A stretch of 64,000 nucleotides of DNA, taken from Coniocarpon cinnabarinum (lineage: Eukaryota). Positions 1-12,396 of the stretch are shown one piece after another (positions within the stretch are counted from its first letter, which is position 1; each line of letters begins with the position of its first letter). Below the pieces are notes generated by a model, which saw only the letters and a program-made list of their open reading frames with translations, was not told the DNA's origin and did no database searches. The DNA lies in contig JAVECO010000032.1 in assembly GCA_051942205.1 (NCBI GenBank), positions 1-64,000 of the forward strand. The letters run 5' to 3'. Made by a program: the position numbers and the translations under genes.

Positions 1-128
1 AGATATAGACTACTAGAATATAATAAATATTAAAATAGATTTAATACTAAGTCTAAGAACTAGTCTAAAACTAGAATATATAATTATAATAGAACTTATT
101 ACTAAAAAAGATTTAAAATAAGTTTTAA
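1..128 (-). mobile_element. Fragment of the ~1 kb RIP-degenerate element family, inverted orientation, running off the window edge
   Basis: The reverse complement of 1-120 aligns by eye with ~10240-10356 inside copy B. Confidence 0.75.
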
Positions 129-130
129 TA

Positions 131-1126
131 CCTTAGGGGCCCTCTTAGAGGTTTTAATAAGGTATTAAAACTATATTAAGCTAGTTTTTAAATAGTTTTA
201 AAACGGCTATAGGTTTTAAAACTAGCTTAAAACTAGCTTGAAACCTTATTTAGGTCTATAATAAAATAAATATGTATTATTAGATCTAGTTTAATATCTT
301 TTTTAGTAATAAGTTCTATTATAATTATATATTCTAGTTTTAGACTAGTTATAAGGCTAGCTATAATATTAGCTTTAATAATATTTTAGGTTTTTTTTTA
401 AGATCGGTTACAAGATCGAGATATATACTAATTTTATTACTAGTTTTAGTAGTATATTCTATCTTAAAATCTAATCTATGATAAATATCTATATTAAGAT
501 ATTCTAGGGTGTGACTACCTAATTAAGAACGTAGCTTCTCTTTTTAATTTTTAATTTCTAACTTTTTAATTAGCTATACTACTAAAATTTTTTTTTAAAA
601 ATTTAGGGTTTTTAGCTAAAATTACTATATAAAGCATTAAAATATCAGCTTTATATACCTAAATAGGCCTAGTTTCTTAATTTTTTATAAGTTAAATTTT
701 TATACTACTATAATATATTTAAATTTAAATTTAAATCTTATAACCAATTTTTGACCTTGAGAGGTTTTAGGTTTTAGCAGAAGAAACCGTAATTATCTAG
801 TTAAATTATAGTAAAAAAACGGTTGAATACTAGTTAAATAACCCTATGAAAACCGTTTTAAACCTGTTTTTAGTATAAAACCGAGCTCGATCTCGCAACC
901 GCAACCACAACCGCAACTCTAACTTTAACTAAAACTAGGTTTAATATTAAAATTAGTACTAAAACTAGATCTAATACTAAAACTAGTACTAAAACTAATA
1001 CTAAGCTAGTTTTAATATAGTTTTAATATAGTTTTAATATAGTTTTAATATAGTTTTAAAACTAGTTTAAAACTATATTACTACTATTATACAACTAGTT
1101 TGAAATCTAAGAGCTTGACACTAAGG
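131..1126 (+). mobile_element. Non-autonomous TA-flanked inverted-repeat element (MITE/foldback-like), copy A, RIP-mutated
   Basis: Begins TA|CCTTAGGGGCC and ends CACTAAGG|TA. Colinear with 10079-11113 and 12397-13368. No ORF. Differences between copies are mostly C>T/G>A. Confidence 0.8.
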
Positions 1127-1130
1127 TACC

Positions 1131-1282
1131 TAGAACTATAACTAAAACTAAAACTAGGTTTAATAATAAAACTAGCACTAAAACTAATATTAAGCTAGTT
1201 TTAATATAGTTTTAAACTAGTTTTAAAGCTATATTACTACTATTATATAACTAGCTCGAAACCTAAGAGCTTAACACAAAGG
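1131..1282 (+). repeat. Tandem extra copy of the element 3' end
   Basis: Repeats the last ~150-200 bp of copy A and ends AACCTAAGAGCTTAACACAAAGG|TA. Confidence 0.75.
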
Positions 1283-1574
1283 TAGGTATATATATAGGTT
1301 TAATTCTAAATACAACACTTTAAATTGTTTTAAAACTACTACAAAATTTTTCTATAACTTTCTTGTAATCTTTAAAAAATTATCTAAGGTAATTGGAAAA
1401 TTGTTAAATAATTAAAATTCCTCTAGAACTTAAGAAGGCCCGTCTAATTAAAGGTGTAGATAGTTAAAGGTCCTTAGACTATAGTAGAGTCGAACAACTA
1501 CTACTAGGGCCTAGGTTAGTAAGAATAAATTTATAGCTACGTATATTTAATTATAGAAAGACTAATAACTAGCC

Positions 1575-1985
1575 TAAGCTTTGTGTAATATACTTATATA
1601 TCTTCTAAGATTAACATCATCGCTAATATTACTACTAATATTACTTGTAATAAGATTATTAAAAATAAGCTATATAAGTCTATTATTATTTTTTTAGCTT
1701 CTTTCATATTCTTATAATAATGTTATCTCTATACTAAATAAACTAGTAATAGTCTTTAGCTTATTCTATCTATATCTATTTTATTTAAGCTTAATATTAA
1801 TCTAATAAATATATACGTAGTAATACTATAAAAGTATATAAAAAGCTAAAAAAAGTAGTAATAGACTTATCCAATCTATTATTATTATTATTATTATTAT
1901 AAGAAATATTAATAGCAATGTTAGCGGCGACGTTATCGACGACGTTAATCTTAGGAGATGTGTGGATGTTACACAAAGCTCGGTA
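1575..1985. repeat. Long degenerate inverted repeat (arms ~1575-1730 and ~1820-1985)
   Basis: AGCTTTGTGTAATA...CTTCTAAGATTAACATCATCG on the left matches the reverse complement of the right arm, AGCTTTGTGTAACA...CTCCTAAGATTAACGTCGTCG. An (ATT)n tract lies in the right arm at ~1878-1900. Confidence 0.8.
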
Positions 1986-1989
1986 ACCA

Positions 1990-3240
1990 TTATTACAATC
2001 GACTGTATGCCTTGGCCTGTGATTTCTGAACTCTGCCGCTAGTAACCAGTCTACACTCAAGTGCTTACGTGCGGAATCAATGGTCAACATGCGAAAAAAG
2101 CATGCGCTGCAATGGGTTTGTCATCCGCGACGGCAGCGCAAAAGGCAGGCACCGTCGCATTCAAGGTCTTCTCGAGTGCCTGGTCGAGCCCCGCAGAGTC
2201 CCCGGCTTCACCTACCGCATGTTGCAAACACACTCCCATTACATGACCAACTACTAGTGGATGAACGAGCTGCCAGTGGTGTCTAAATTTGAACTAATGA
2301 GGTCGCTTTCCGAGCTACTTTTGTGTGCTTTTCTAGCAGCGCTATTGTTGTTAGCACTTCGCATACTAGGGATCCCCTAGTCAATTATACATGCTATAAA
2401 CTAGGAAGGTAAATAATCTTCTGGTCGTATGTCTTCACCAGAAGCGCTCTTGCTAAAAGCACCCCTACTAAAAACGCCCTCACCGCTACTATCTACCAGA
2501 TAGTGTAATAGTGTGCAAGTAAGAAAAAAGCAGCGCGGAAAGCGCTCTAATTGGTGGAGAGACGTGCATATCAGCAGTTAGTGCAGACGAATTGGTAAAT
2601 AGTGGCGATTAGCGCTGTCACTCAATTGCCATCTTTCAAAGGCGCGTCAATGTCCGCGAAATATACCCCTTGTCCTACCCGCTGTTGGTCCTCAGATAGT
2701 GGTATTTGTCGACCTGGGTGCCGTACGAATAGCCGACCGTTCATGACCCATTGGCTTGAACAGCGGTCACCTGGAAGGTGTTGACGCCGAGGAGTTCGGG
2801 ATTGTGGGGAGCGTGCGCCCCGGAAATGAGGCAATGTGGGGGGACTGTATTTGGAAATGCTGGCGAAGGTGCCGATTGTGCTACTGACGGGTATGAATTG
2901 ATCTTAGGCGGGGAATGCTAGGGTGATTGAATAGAGGACGAGAAGGAGGGGAGGGGATATTGCTGGAGTAGTGATGGAGATGAGTGTCGGTGATGGTAAG
3001 TGGTCCTTATGAGCGTGGACTCCTAGGTTTGCAGATATCGTAGAGGTATGGAAGGAGTTTGAGATTCTGCAGCGAAAGCAAGTTCATTTTAAGTCAGGGA
3101 AAAGAAAGCACAGCAGTGGAGAAGGTCAATTATATATAGCTTGTAAACAATTTGGAGCTAGTTTAAATATTAGCAACTGTTTCGAGCCCGTTTAGTGACT
3201 ATTTTCTGACTACGGCAAAATCTCAAGAAGGCCCTTAGGG
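1990..3240 (-). mobile_element. Less-mutated relative of the element family, possibly carrying a decayed ORF
   Basis: On the minus strand, TA|CCCTAAGGGCCTTCTTGAGA (3242-3221) matches the family 5' terminus. It is followed by TATATATAA (3138-3130), an ATG at 3087 and GC-balanced sequence with stops. No domain recognised. Confidence 0.45.
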
Positions 3241-4358
3241 TAGGTAGTATCATCTTCTAGCAGTCAGTATCAAGTTATTACTTACCTACGATGTATACCG
3301 CCTAGGCAGCCCATCATCGGCAGCAGTCAAATTATATACAGAGTGATGTTAACAAACTACACTAAGAACCCACGTTAATGCGATAAGAGTTGCCTTAGGA
3401 TTTATAGAGGGTGACGAATAGTTTAGATGATCATTGAGGCTCAGATGCAATTGGCCGTTCTAGGTGTTGTGTCATGAAGCAGGAGCATCTGCTATCGAAT
3501 TACGTAGTGTGGCAATTGCAACATCTTTCCTTTTACTTTCCTGTAAGGCGGGTCAACGTCCAAGGCGTTCCTGCGCGACGATTAATCGCAGTATAGAGCT
3601 TTGAGGTAGCCACATATTTAGCACATCACTTTCGGGTTGAAATTTGCAATGCATACACAAAAGTTACTTATTTGATAGACTGAGCCATTACTTTTCCCGC
3701 TTCAAGAACGGCTGGCCTCAAAAGTACAATGAAGCATAGGCACAAGATGAACTGTCGGACAATAGAGCACCAATCTGGCGTTGCCAAGCCTCAAGCATTC
3801 GCAAATAATGATACCGAAGGGACAGCAGTATATGGAAATGCTGAATCATCTGATGTTGCGTAGGTGGCGCTCTACAGGGTTTCATATGGGAATCAGAATA
3901 AGCATTTGCGTCGTGGCGATGGGACGTACAAACAGGGTATATGACTGATAACGACAGCAAGATCCATGGCATGACATATAACATATGGCACTTGGCATGT
4001 CGACCCCGACAAGTTTTTGCCTTGGATTGAGCAGGATTTTGGCCTCTGATTTGCGAGCGAATGCGATATCTTGCGTGGCTTGAAAAGGGTAATACTGTTC
4101 ACATCACGGTCAGCGATTGCCCACGAAGATTGTATGTGTGCCTTTTCCTCATCACGTGTCACAGAGGCTGATGTCGCCACCTCCAACCCTCGTGAATTGC
4201 AATACGTATTGTATTCGAGGCTTTTGATAAGCCTTCGCATCACTTTAAGTCCGAGGTAAAGGCGTTCTCTGTAGAAGAGAGAGAGAGATTTTTCATGTTT
4301 GATTTTTTATCGCTTTTGCAAGTCTTTCCTCTAGACTGCGCCATTACAGGGAGTCACA

Positions 4359-7300
4359 CTAAATTTGACCCTTCTCCGGATCATCATTCCCACTAAGCTT
4401 GGGCTCGAAAGGTTGCAGCCAGCTATCAGGAGCCATATTCTTGGACCCGGTGCCGTCTCGAGCATGCTTGCTCCTGATCATACGCACAAGAAAAGCTCGC
4501 ATGGCAATCTTCCAAAGCTCAACCCCTGCAAAAAACAGTAGCGAGCCAATAAATACAAGAGCCCATTCCCAAGAAATGCCCTCGTGAACAAATACATCAT
4601 GGTTGAGTAACGGAACGTATAGAAGCGGAAAGATCAATATGAATCCAGCCATGACGCTGCTGAAAAGGACTTTATTTCGCCAGACATCGTACATCCATTG
4701 AGTGAAATACTTCTTACTCTCAGGCTGCATTCGGAAAAACGAGCGTTGCAAGTCGATCACCTCCCATGCTAGGAAGAGCGAACACCAGGTAAGCACAGCA
4801 AAGTTCGTACCGCGGGCCCGAAATACGGTGTCGCACTCTAAGGAGTAGCCTTTGTTGCAGTTGGATCCCAGCTCGCCATCGCCGAAGCCCCACACCACAA
4901 TTGAGAATGATCCAAGGCTGATTGCCGCTATCCAAAGGCCGTAGAAGAGCATGTCAAACAAGATTTCGAATGTGAAGATACCCTTCTTTAGCGACACTGG
5001 TGGACGCCGCAAAATGCGTGGCTCAGCCTTTTCGAACCCGAGTCCCATATCGGGAAGCCCCGAGGTGACCATGATCAGCCAAAGAATCTGAACGGGCGAG
5101 AGTGGGAACACCGAAAGGTCGCGCACATCTTTGAAGGTAAGTCCAACGAGCAACACGCATGCCTGCGCCACGTTGAGCGCCAACAGGTGCAGTACGAATT
5201 TCTGGATATTGTCGAACATGCGACGCCCTTCCTCGATTGCGTTGAGAATGCTTGCAAAATTGTCGTCAGTAAGTATAATATCGGCGGCATCCTTGGCGAC
5301 ATCGGAGCCACTGGCTCCCATCGCTATACCGACATCAGCACGTTTGAGAGATGGCGAATCATTCACGCCGTCCCCAGTCATCGCGCAGAACTTATCACGA
5401 CGATGAAGGGCTTCAATCATGCGAACCTTGGTCTGTGGCGCGCAGCGAGCGACCACAAGGGGAAGCACGGGCAGCGCGTCGATTGCGGAATCAGATAGGC
5501 CGTCAAAGTCGGAGGCTTTCATAATCATCGCATCATTGACATCTTTGCGCAGGAGTTCTAAGCGTTGGGGCAAAATACCAACCTGTTTGGCGATGGCTGT
5601 TGCTGTACCAATATGATCACCAGTGAGCATGTGGACGTTGATGCCAGCCAGATGGCAAGATGCGACTGCGCCCGCACTCTCTGGCCTTGGGGGATCATAG
5701 AGACCAATGAGACCGTGTAGAGTAAGGTCACACTCAACCTCTCCGCGATCGGGTTCTGAAAAGTTATCGTTTGGCGGGGGGTTTTGAAGTTGTCGACTTG
5801 CGAGAGCGAGACATCGCAGCCCAGATGCGGAGATTGCGTCCACTTGCTCAAAGATCTCATTTCGTGTTGTGTCGTTAAGCAAGGTCAATTGGCTGGTCTC
5901 GTGAGACTGCTGCACATGCGTGCATCGATCGAGAACTCGCTCCACAGCACCTTTTGTCAGCACATACAACGATCTGGAGTTGCATTCCTGCACAATGACA
6001 GACATTCTCTTGATATCGGAGCTGAATGGGAATTCGCACAGCTGCTGAAATGTAGGGGAAGTGTTGCTCGTCTTCGAGCGCCGGTTCCAGCCGAAACGAC
6101 TAGCGAACACCTGAATGGCAATCTCGGTCGGCTCGCCACGCGCGTGCCATTCTCCATTGCTTTCGTGCACTACGGCTAGATTTGCAAGACCGGCAGTGCG
6201 CAGCAAACCCTCTAGTGCAGGATCGTCAATATTTTTTTCCATGGTTTGTGATTGCAATAGTCTTTCACTGCGATCAAAGGATAATTCTGAGGGAGGTTTG
6301 GAAACATATCTCACATCTCCCTTGGAAGGATCGATGGGATTGTTGATGTCTTCCACCAGAATTGTTCCTACGGCTGGAATCCAAGCCATCTGGGCAGCCA
6401 TTCTTCCCTGCGTCCTAGAGTTAAAAGCATCAGTTTGGCCAGTCTGTAAAACTCACTGCGCCAATAAAAACGTACAAAGTACCCGTTTTGTCACTACATA
6501 TATCAGTAACTCCTCCAAGAGCCTCCAAAGCATTAATCTTTCGGACGACGACATGCCTTTTCGTCATTTGCTGGATCCCTGCAGACATCGTGATCGCTGT
6601 TTTTGTCAGCGCGCGACCGTAATTCGCTCCCTACGTGCACATTGAAAACTTACTGAGGATAACTATTAGGCTTGCTGGGATCATGCTGAGACCGGTGGCA
6701 ACAGCGTAGATTGCTACCTCCTGTTCAGGGTCCGAATCCGGGAAGGAGGGATAATCAGCGAAGTTGTTTGCTGCAAGCACAATGATTGCGCAGACAACAG
6801 CTATGGCAAACAGGAGTATTGCCAGTTTCGAAAGCTTCTTCTGCAACGGTGTACCAACGTTAACACCCAAAAAGCTACCGATAGCTTCCCCCACTGTGAG
6901 CGCCCATGCCTGCGCATACCGATGCAGACCTGCTGTACCGTCTTCTCTACGTTTGATGGGCCTTCTTGAGGTCTTGTCCGCCTTTCTCAACGCTACAGCA
7001 ATGGATCCAACCTCCGTGTTCATACCAGTCGCGTAAGCTATGCCCCGCCCACGGCCTTTTGTAACTGTCGACGAGGAATACGCGACATTAATGCGATCGC
7101 CAGGTCCCGTATCACCAGAGAGGACTCTATCAGCGCATTTTTCTACCGGCAAGGACTCACCGGTAAGCAGAGCTTCGTCAGTCGAGAGGTTGACTGCTTC
7201 AATGAGACGGACATCCGCCGGCACAGTGTCGCCGGTGGTAAGCTCAATAATGTCGCCGGGTACAACAGTCCTTGTGGCTACCTGGAGATTACACCCATCC

Positions 7301-7701
7301 CGAATGACATTCGCAGTCGGAGATGAAAGTGATCGAAGTGAGTTCATCGTCTTTTCAGCCTTGTATTCCTCTGTGAAGCCGAACACAATGTTGATGCCGA
7401 TAACCGCAGCAATTACACCCCCTTCGATCCACGATTTAATCCCAAAGCTGACTGCCATAGCCAAAATCAGGACCACCATCATGGCATTCGCAATTTGACG
7501 AAGTAGGATTCGGACGACGTTCACCTTGCCATCTTCGCCAAGGTCGTTGGCTCCTTGGTCTGCGAGCCGGGCCTCGGCGTCAGAAGTAGTAAGTCCATCG
7601 TTCACGTTGGAGCCTATGATCTGCGCAAGCTCTTCCCATAGATATGTATGTGCGAGTGCAAAACAGGTGGATTTTTCGTGGCTTTGTTCGCGCCTGGCCA
7701 T
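4359..7701 (-). CDS. ENA1: ENA-type (P-type IID) Na+/K+-exporting ATPase; introns 6597-6653 and 6415-6475
   Basis: Motifs [19 protein letters not shown] (restored across intron 2), [27 protein letters not shown] and IQKFVLHLL. Both introns are GT-AG with CTGAC/CTGAT branch sites. Confidence 0.93.
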
Positions 7702-7924
7702 GGTCTGAAGCCACCAGGACCCCACAATCACGCCACCCAGTGGTTTTATGGATGTAACCCCTGAGTTTGATCACCGCAACTCCTGGAGAAGGCTATGCTG
7801 TAGAGTAGGTATGTTCAATGGGGGTGTCTTAGTTGAATATGATGGTAACATAACTTCTGCAGGGACGCCACGCCTTCTTATATCGACGAAAGACCAGCTG
7901 GCTGACCGGCATCTTTGACAAGCC

Positions 7925-8223
7925 GCCAAGATTATCTAGCGTACAGCAAGAAATAGAAATGCTTTGTGAGCTGCTGTCATGGAAGAAGACGGGATATTCT
8001 TTTAGGTAGAAGCCAGCGTAGCAGGTTCTTCCCAGCCATACCCTTGTGGTCACTTCGTGCTTCGATTGCTAATCGCTTCATGTAAGCTCATATTTCAATA
8101 GGAACGTGTGCACGAGGCGCCCAAGTCTAATGTAGGCATCGCAGCAGTGAGGTGACAGCAATGCTTCGGCCGCCAAGTCTGCCAGCACTTGGCACACCAA
8201 AGACCGCGTCATTCGTACTTGGC
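7925..8223. promoter_or_regulatory. Cluster of four PacC/Rim101-type GCCARG sites upstream of ENA
   Basis: GCCAAG at 7925-7930 and 8172-8177; CTTGGC at 8188-8193 and 8218-8223. Confidence 0.6.
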
Positions 8224-8552
8224 AGCAAAAGTCTTCAAACCAGTACGCGTGGATGTCCGTCCCATTCTAATTGCCGATGAGCTGTACAATTAGTAGCACG
8301 TGGCTCAGTAGGAGGACATTGAAGGTGGCGATGCCCGTGATGCCATATTTCTGCCATTCTCGTGCTCATGTTCATTTCAAAGACATCCGAGAGCGTGTAA
8401 ATAGTGTGGATAACATGGGATCTGAAAATAAGTCACGCAAAATACTATCTGTGCATTGCTGGACAGTCCCATGAGGAAGCACGATAGACGCTAGGGGTTT
8501 GGTGGCGTCTCGAGCACGGGCCACCACAGTGTATAGGACCGTTTCAGTAGAA

Positions 8553-8877
8553 AGGTCGGCAGTACTTTGTTAGTATGCGCAATACTAACAGTCTACAGGA
8601 TTAGGGTTAGAAGGGTTAGAGTTAGAAGAATTAAGGTTAGAAGGATTAGTATTAGGCTTATAAATATATTAAAAAGTCTATATAGATAGATTAAAAATAT
8701 ATTTGTAATACATTTTTATAAAGTAGAATGCGTTTTAAATACATTTATATAGAGTCTAATATATTTAAAATACGTTTAAAATACGTTTAATTAGATAAGA
8801 TATATGCTAGAAATAGTTTAGTAGTACTTTTTCGACCCTCCAAGTACCCCCGACCTTACTAGAAGGTCTGCCGACCT
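8553..8877. mobile_element. Small putative inverted-repeat element with a telomere-like internal tandem repeat
   Basis: AGGTCGGCAG (8553-8562) pairs with CTGCCGACCT (8868-8877), with further degenerate inverted copies at ~8823-8857. A 15-bp unit close to GGGTTAGGGTTAGAA occurs ~4 times at 8598-8656. Confidence 0.4.
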
Positions 8878-8899
8878 GTATGCGCGGACCGTTCCCCTT

Positions 8900-10076
8900 T
8901 ACTTTTTAGTCCCTAAATGATTCATCTCGTTCCTAGTACGATATTACAACAAGTCTGCTCTATTTATATCACCGCCTCCTAGTTGTAGTTAGTATCTAAG
9001 TATTAAAGAACACGCTCTAAAATTTATTATACTTATAGCTATAAGAATATAATCTATAGATGTTTAGTCTCTTATAAGAGATTGTACTATAATTCATTAT
9101 TTTATAATGATATACTACCTAATAATTATAACTTTTTATATTCTAGCGTACTCTAGTAGAAATGTGTCTTAAAGACTTCTATAAGTATTTAAAAATTATT
9201 TTAAAGTTTAATTTAGATAATATTTAACCTTTCTAGAACTTAATCTAGACTCTTATTATTAAGCGCTTAACTTAGATTAAGACGTACTATAAGTACTAGA
9301 TAAGAACACTCTAAAAGAATGTTAACTTAGGTTAGAATTATTTTATACTATAGATAGTATATACATACCTAGTTCTAGAGTTACTTATCTCTTATATTAG
9401 TAATAAGACTAATTTTAATATCTATCTCTTAGTATTAGACTAATTTAGTATTCGCGCTAATATCTATACTACGAGCCTAAGTACTTCTCTTTAAGGATTA
9501 AGACCTTCTTAAACAAGTAATAAAATAGCTTTTAAATTAGCTTAAAACTTAGTTAAGTCTAATCTTGAAACTAGCATTAATACTACCTAATTATAGCTAT
9601 AATAATAGTTAAGATTATTCTTATACTTATAGTTAAAGTTGTAGTATGCTTATAATTATAATTATATCTTAGTAGTACTAGTTCTATCTTTTTTTTATAT
9701 CTCTTTATTTTATAAATATCTATTCTATAGCTAATCTTCTATTATTACTAGTATTACCTTTAAGTGTATATCTATCTAAAGTTAAAATAGTCTCTTAAGT
9801 GCATAATCTTATTATTATATCTAGAAAGTATAGATATATACCTACTAGATATAGCTAGATATAAGTTATAAATTACTTTATTTAGTTAGTTTATCTATAA
9901 TAGAGTCTTTATATATAAATATTTAGAGTTATATAATATCTCTACTTTTAAAAGACTAGGGTCTTATTTAAAGGTATAGCCCTAAGATAGTAAAGACTTA
10001 AAGCTTTTAAAATTAAAGATCTAAGACTGTTATATTATAGTTTACTAACCCTAAAATTATAGTTATTTAACTCTTA
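8900..10076. repeat. RIP-degenerate AT-rich sequence of unknown origin
   Basis: Extreme TpA enrichment and CpA/TpG depletion; no ORF of 60 aa or more in the ORF track. Confidence 0.6.
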
Positions 10077-10078
10077 TA

Positions 10079-11113
10079 CCTTAGGGGCCTTCTTAGAGGT
10101 TTCAATAAAGTATTAAAACTATATTAAGCTAGTTTTTAAGCGGTTTTAAAATAGTTATAGATTTTAAGACTAGCTTAATACTAGCTTAAAACCTTATATA
10201 GCTCTATATTAATATAAATTCTTATTATTAGATCTAGTTTTAAATCTATTCTAGTTATAATTTTTATTATAATTATATATTCTAGTTTTAGACTAGTCTT
10301 TAGACTTAAAATTAACGCTATTATAATATATATTATATTATAGTAGTCTATATCTACTTTAGTACTAGTTATAAGACTAGTTAAAATATTAGTTTTAGTA
10401 ATATATTAGGTTTTTTTATTAAGATCAGTCGTAAGATTAAGGTTAGTATTAATTTTATTACTAGCTTTAGTAATTTAGTCTATATTATAGTCTATAACAT
10501 AGTCTTTATTAATAAATAGATCTATTTTAGATATTCTAGGTTATAACTACCTAATTAAGAACGTAGCTTTCCTTTTTAAATTTAAAATTCTAACTTTTTA
10601 ACTAGCTACGCTACTAAAGATTTTTTTAAGAATTTAGGGTTTATAGCTAAAATTACTATATAAAACATTAAAATATAAGCTTTATATACCTAGATAGGCC
10701 TATTTTATTTAATTTTTTATGAGTTAAAATTATATAATATAGATAAAGATAATTTTATAGATTTTATAGTTATAACTAATTTTCTTGCTAATCTTGACCT
10801 TGAGAGGTTTTAGGGTTTAGCAGAAGAAACAGTAGTTATCTAGTTAAATTACGGCTGAAAAACGGCTAAAAACCTATGTTAAAACCATTTTAAGTATAAA
10901 ACTAAGCTCAATCTTATAACCATAACTATAAATATAACTATAACTTTAAATAAAACTAGGTATAATATTAGAACTAGTACTAAAACTAGATATAATACTA
11001 AAACTAATATTAGGCTAGTTTTAATATAGTTTTAAACTACTTTTAAACTACTTTTAAAGCCCTATTACTACTATTATATAACTAGTGCGAAACCTAAGAG
11101 CTTAACACTAAGG
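10079..11113 (+). mobile_element. Element copy B (full length, TA-flanked)
   Basis: TA|CCTTAGGGGCCTTCTTAGAGG ... AACCTAAGAGCTTAACACTAAGG|TA; colinear with copy A. Confidence 0.8.
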
Positions 11114-11694
11114 TATCTTAGAGTTTTTATATATTAATATACAATTACTACTTTACTACTCTATAACATTATATAATTACTTCTACTTCTACTATATAGT
11201 AACATAGGTTTATATAAGTAATTAAAAAGCTTTTATTGTTAAGTAAAAACTTTTAATTTTTAGTAAGATTAAATATAAATAGGTAAACTTACTAGACAAA
11301 GTAGTTTGTAGCTTATGTCTAGCTATATTTAGTAGGTGTATATATATGCTCTCTAGATATAACAATAATATTATATACCTACTATAATAACTATTTAAAT
11401 TTAGACATATACTTAAGAGTAATATAGTATAATTCTTACCTTAGTATTAAGCCTTAAGGTCTTAAAACTTTCTAATTTAAGGTGTTCTATAGTAGTAGAA
11501 TATTTTAGATACTAGCTTAAAACTCCTATAAAACTACATTACGACTAGTATAATATTAATTTAGTGCTTATATTAGGTTACTTAGCTTAGACTATTTTAT
11601 AATAGGTTTAGACCTCTAGACTATTAGTATACTAATTCAAATCCTTATAGTAATAATAATGGATTTACAACTTATTGATAAATTATCTTAAATA

Positions 11695-12395
11695 CCTTAA
11701 GAGCCTTCTTGAAGGGTTTAATCTAGTTTTAAGACAGTCATAATATAGTTTTAATACTGTTTTGGGTTATTTAATTAGTTTAAATTTATATCTAAACTAT
11801 ATAAAAACCTTATATACAGCAGTTATCTGCTGAAAATCTATTATAAAATCATAGTGTATACTAGACTAGGTTTTAGTATAAGATTAATTATGTAGTTTCA
11901 ATTATAGTATATAATTAGTTAGATAATAGATTTAGTTTAAAATTAAGACTATGTTCAACATCAGTTTCAAAATAAAGTTATAATATTAAAGTTTAGTAGT
12001 AGTTTTAGTCGTAGTTTTTATATTAAGTTTAGTTGCGAGATCGAAGTCTATACTAATTTTATTACTAATTCTAATAAATTATTCTATATTATAGTCTAAT
12101 CTAGCTTATTTATCTACTTTTAGATAACCTAGGCTATAACTACTTAATAAAAAATATAACTTCTTTTTCAAAAAGTTAAAAGTCTAACTTTTTAATTAGC
12201 TATACTACTAAAACATTATTTAAAATTTAGCTTTATAGCTAAGATTACTATTCAAAACATTAAAATAAAAGCCTTATATACCTAAATAAGCCTAGTCTTT
12301 TAATTTTTGTAAGTTAAAACTATATACTATAGATATTAATAGTTATATAGATGTTTTAGTTATAACTAATTTTATAGCTAATCTTGTCCTTAAGA
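11695..12395 (+). mobile_element. Element copy C (divergent, 3'-truncated where copy D begins)
   Basis: Starts TA|CCTTAAGAGCCTTCTTGAAG and shares the central core (GCGAGATCGA...CCTTATATACCTAAATA). Confidence 0.65.
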
Positions 12396-12396
12396 A

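Noticed and set aside
960..1075. Regularly spaced 11-12 bp repeats resembling an array
   Set aside because: There are no unique spacers and the context is eukaryotic; these are subrepeats of the element arm, not CRISPR.
8598..8656. True chromosome end
   Set aside because: Only one perfect TTAGGG is present and the tract is internal with genes on both sides; it is kept only as telomere-like.
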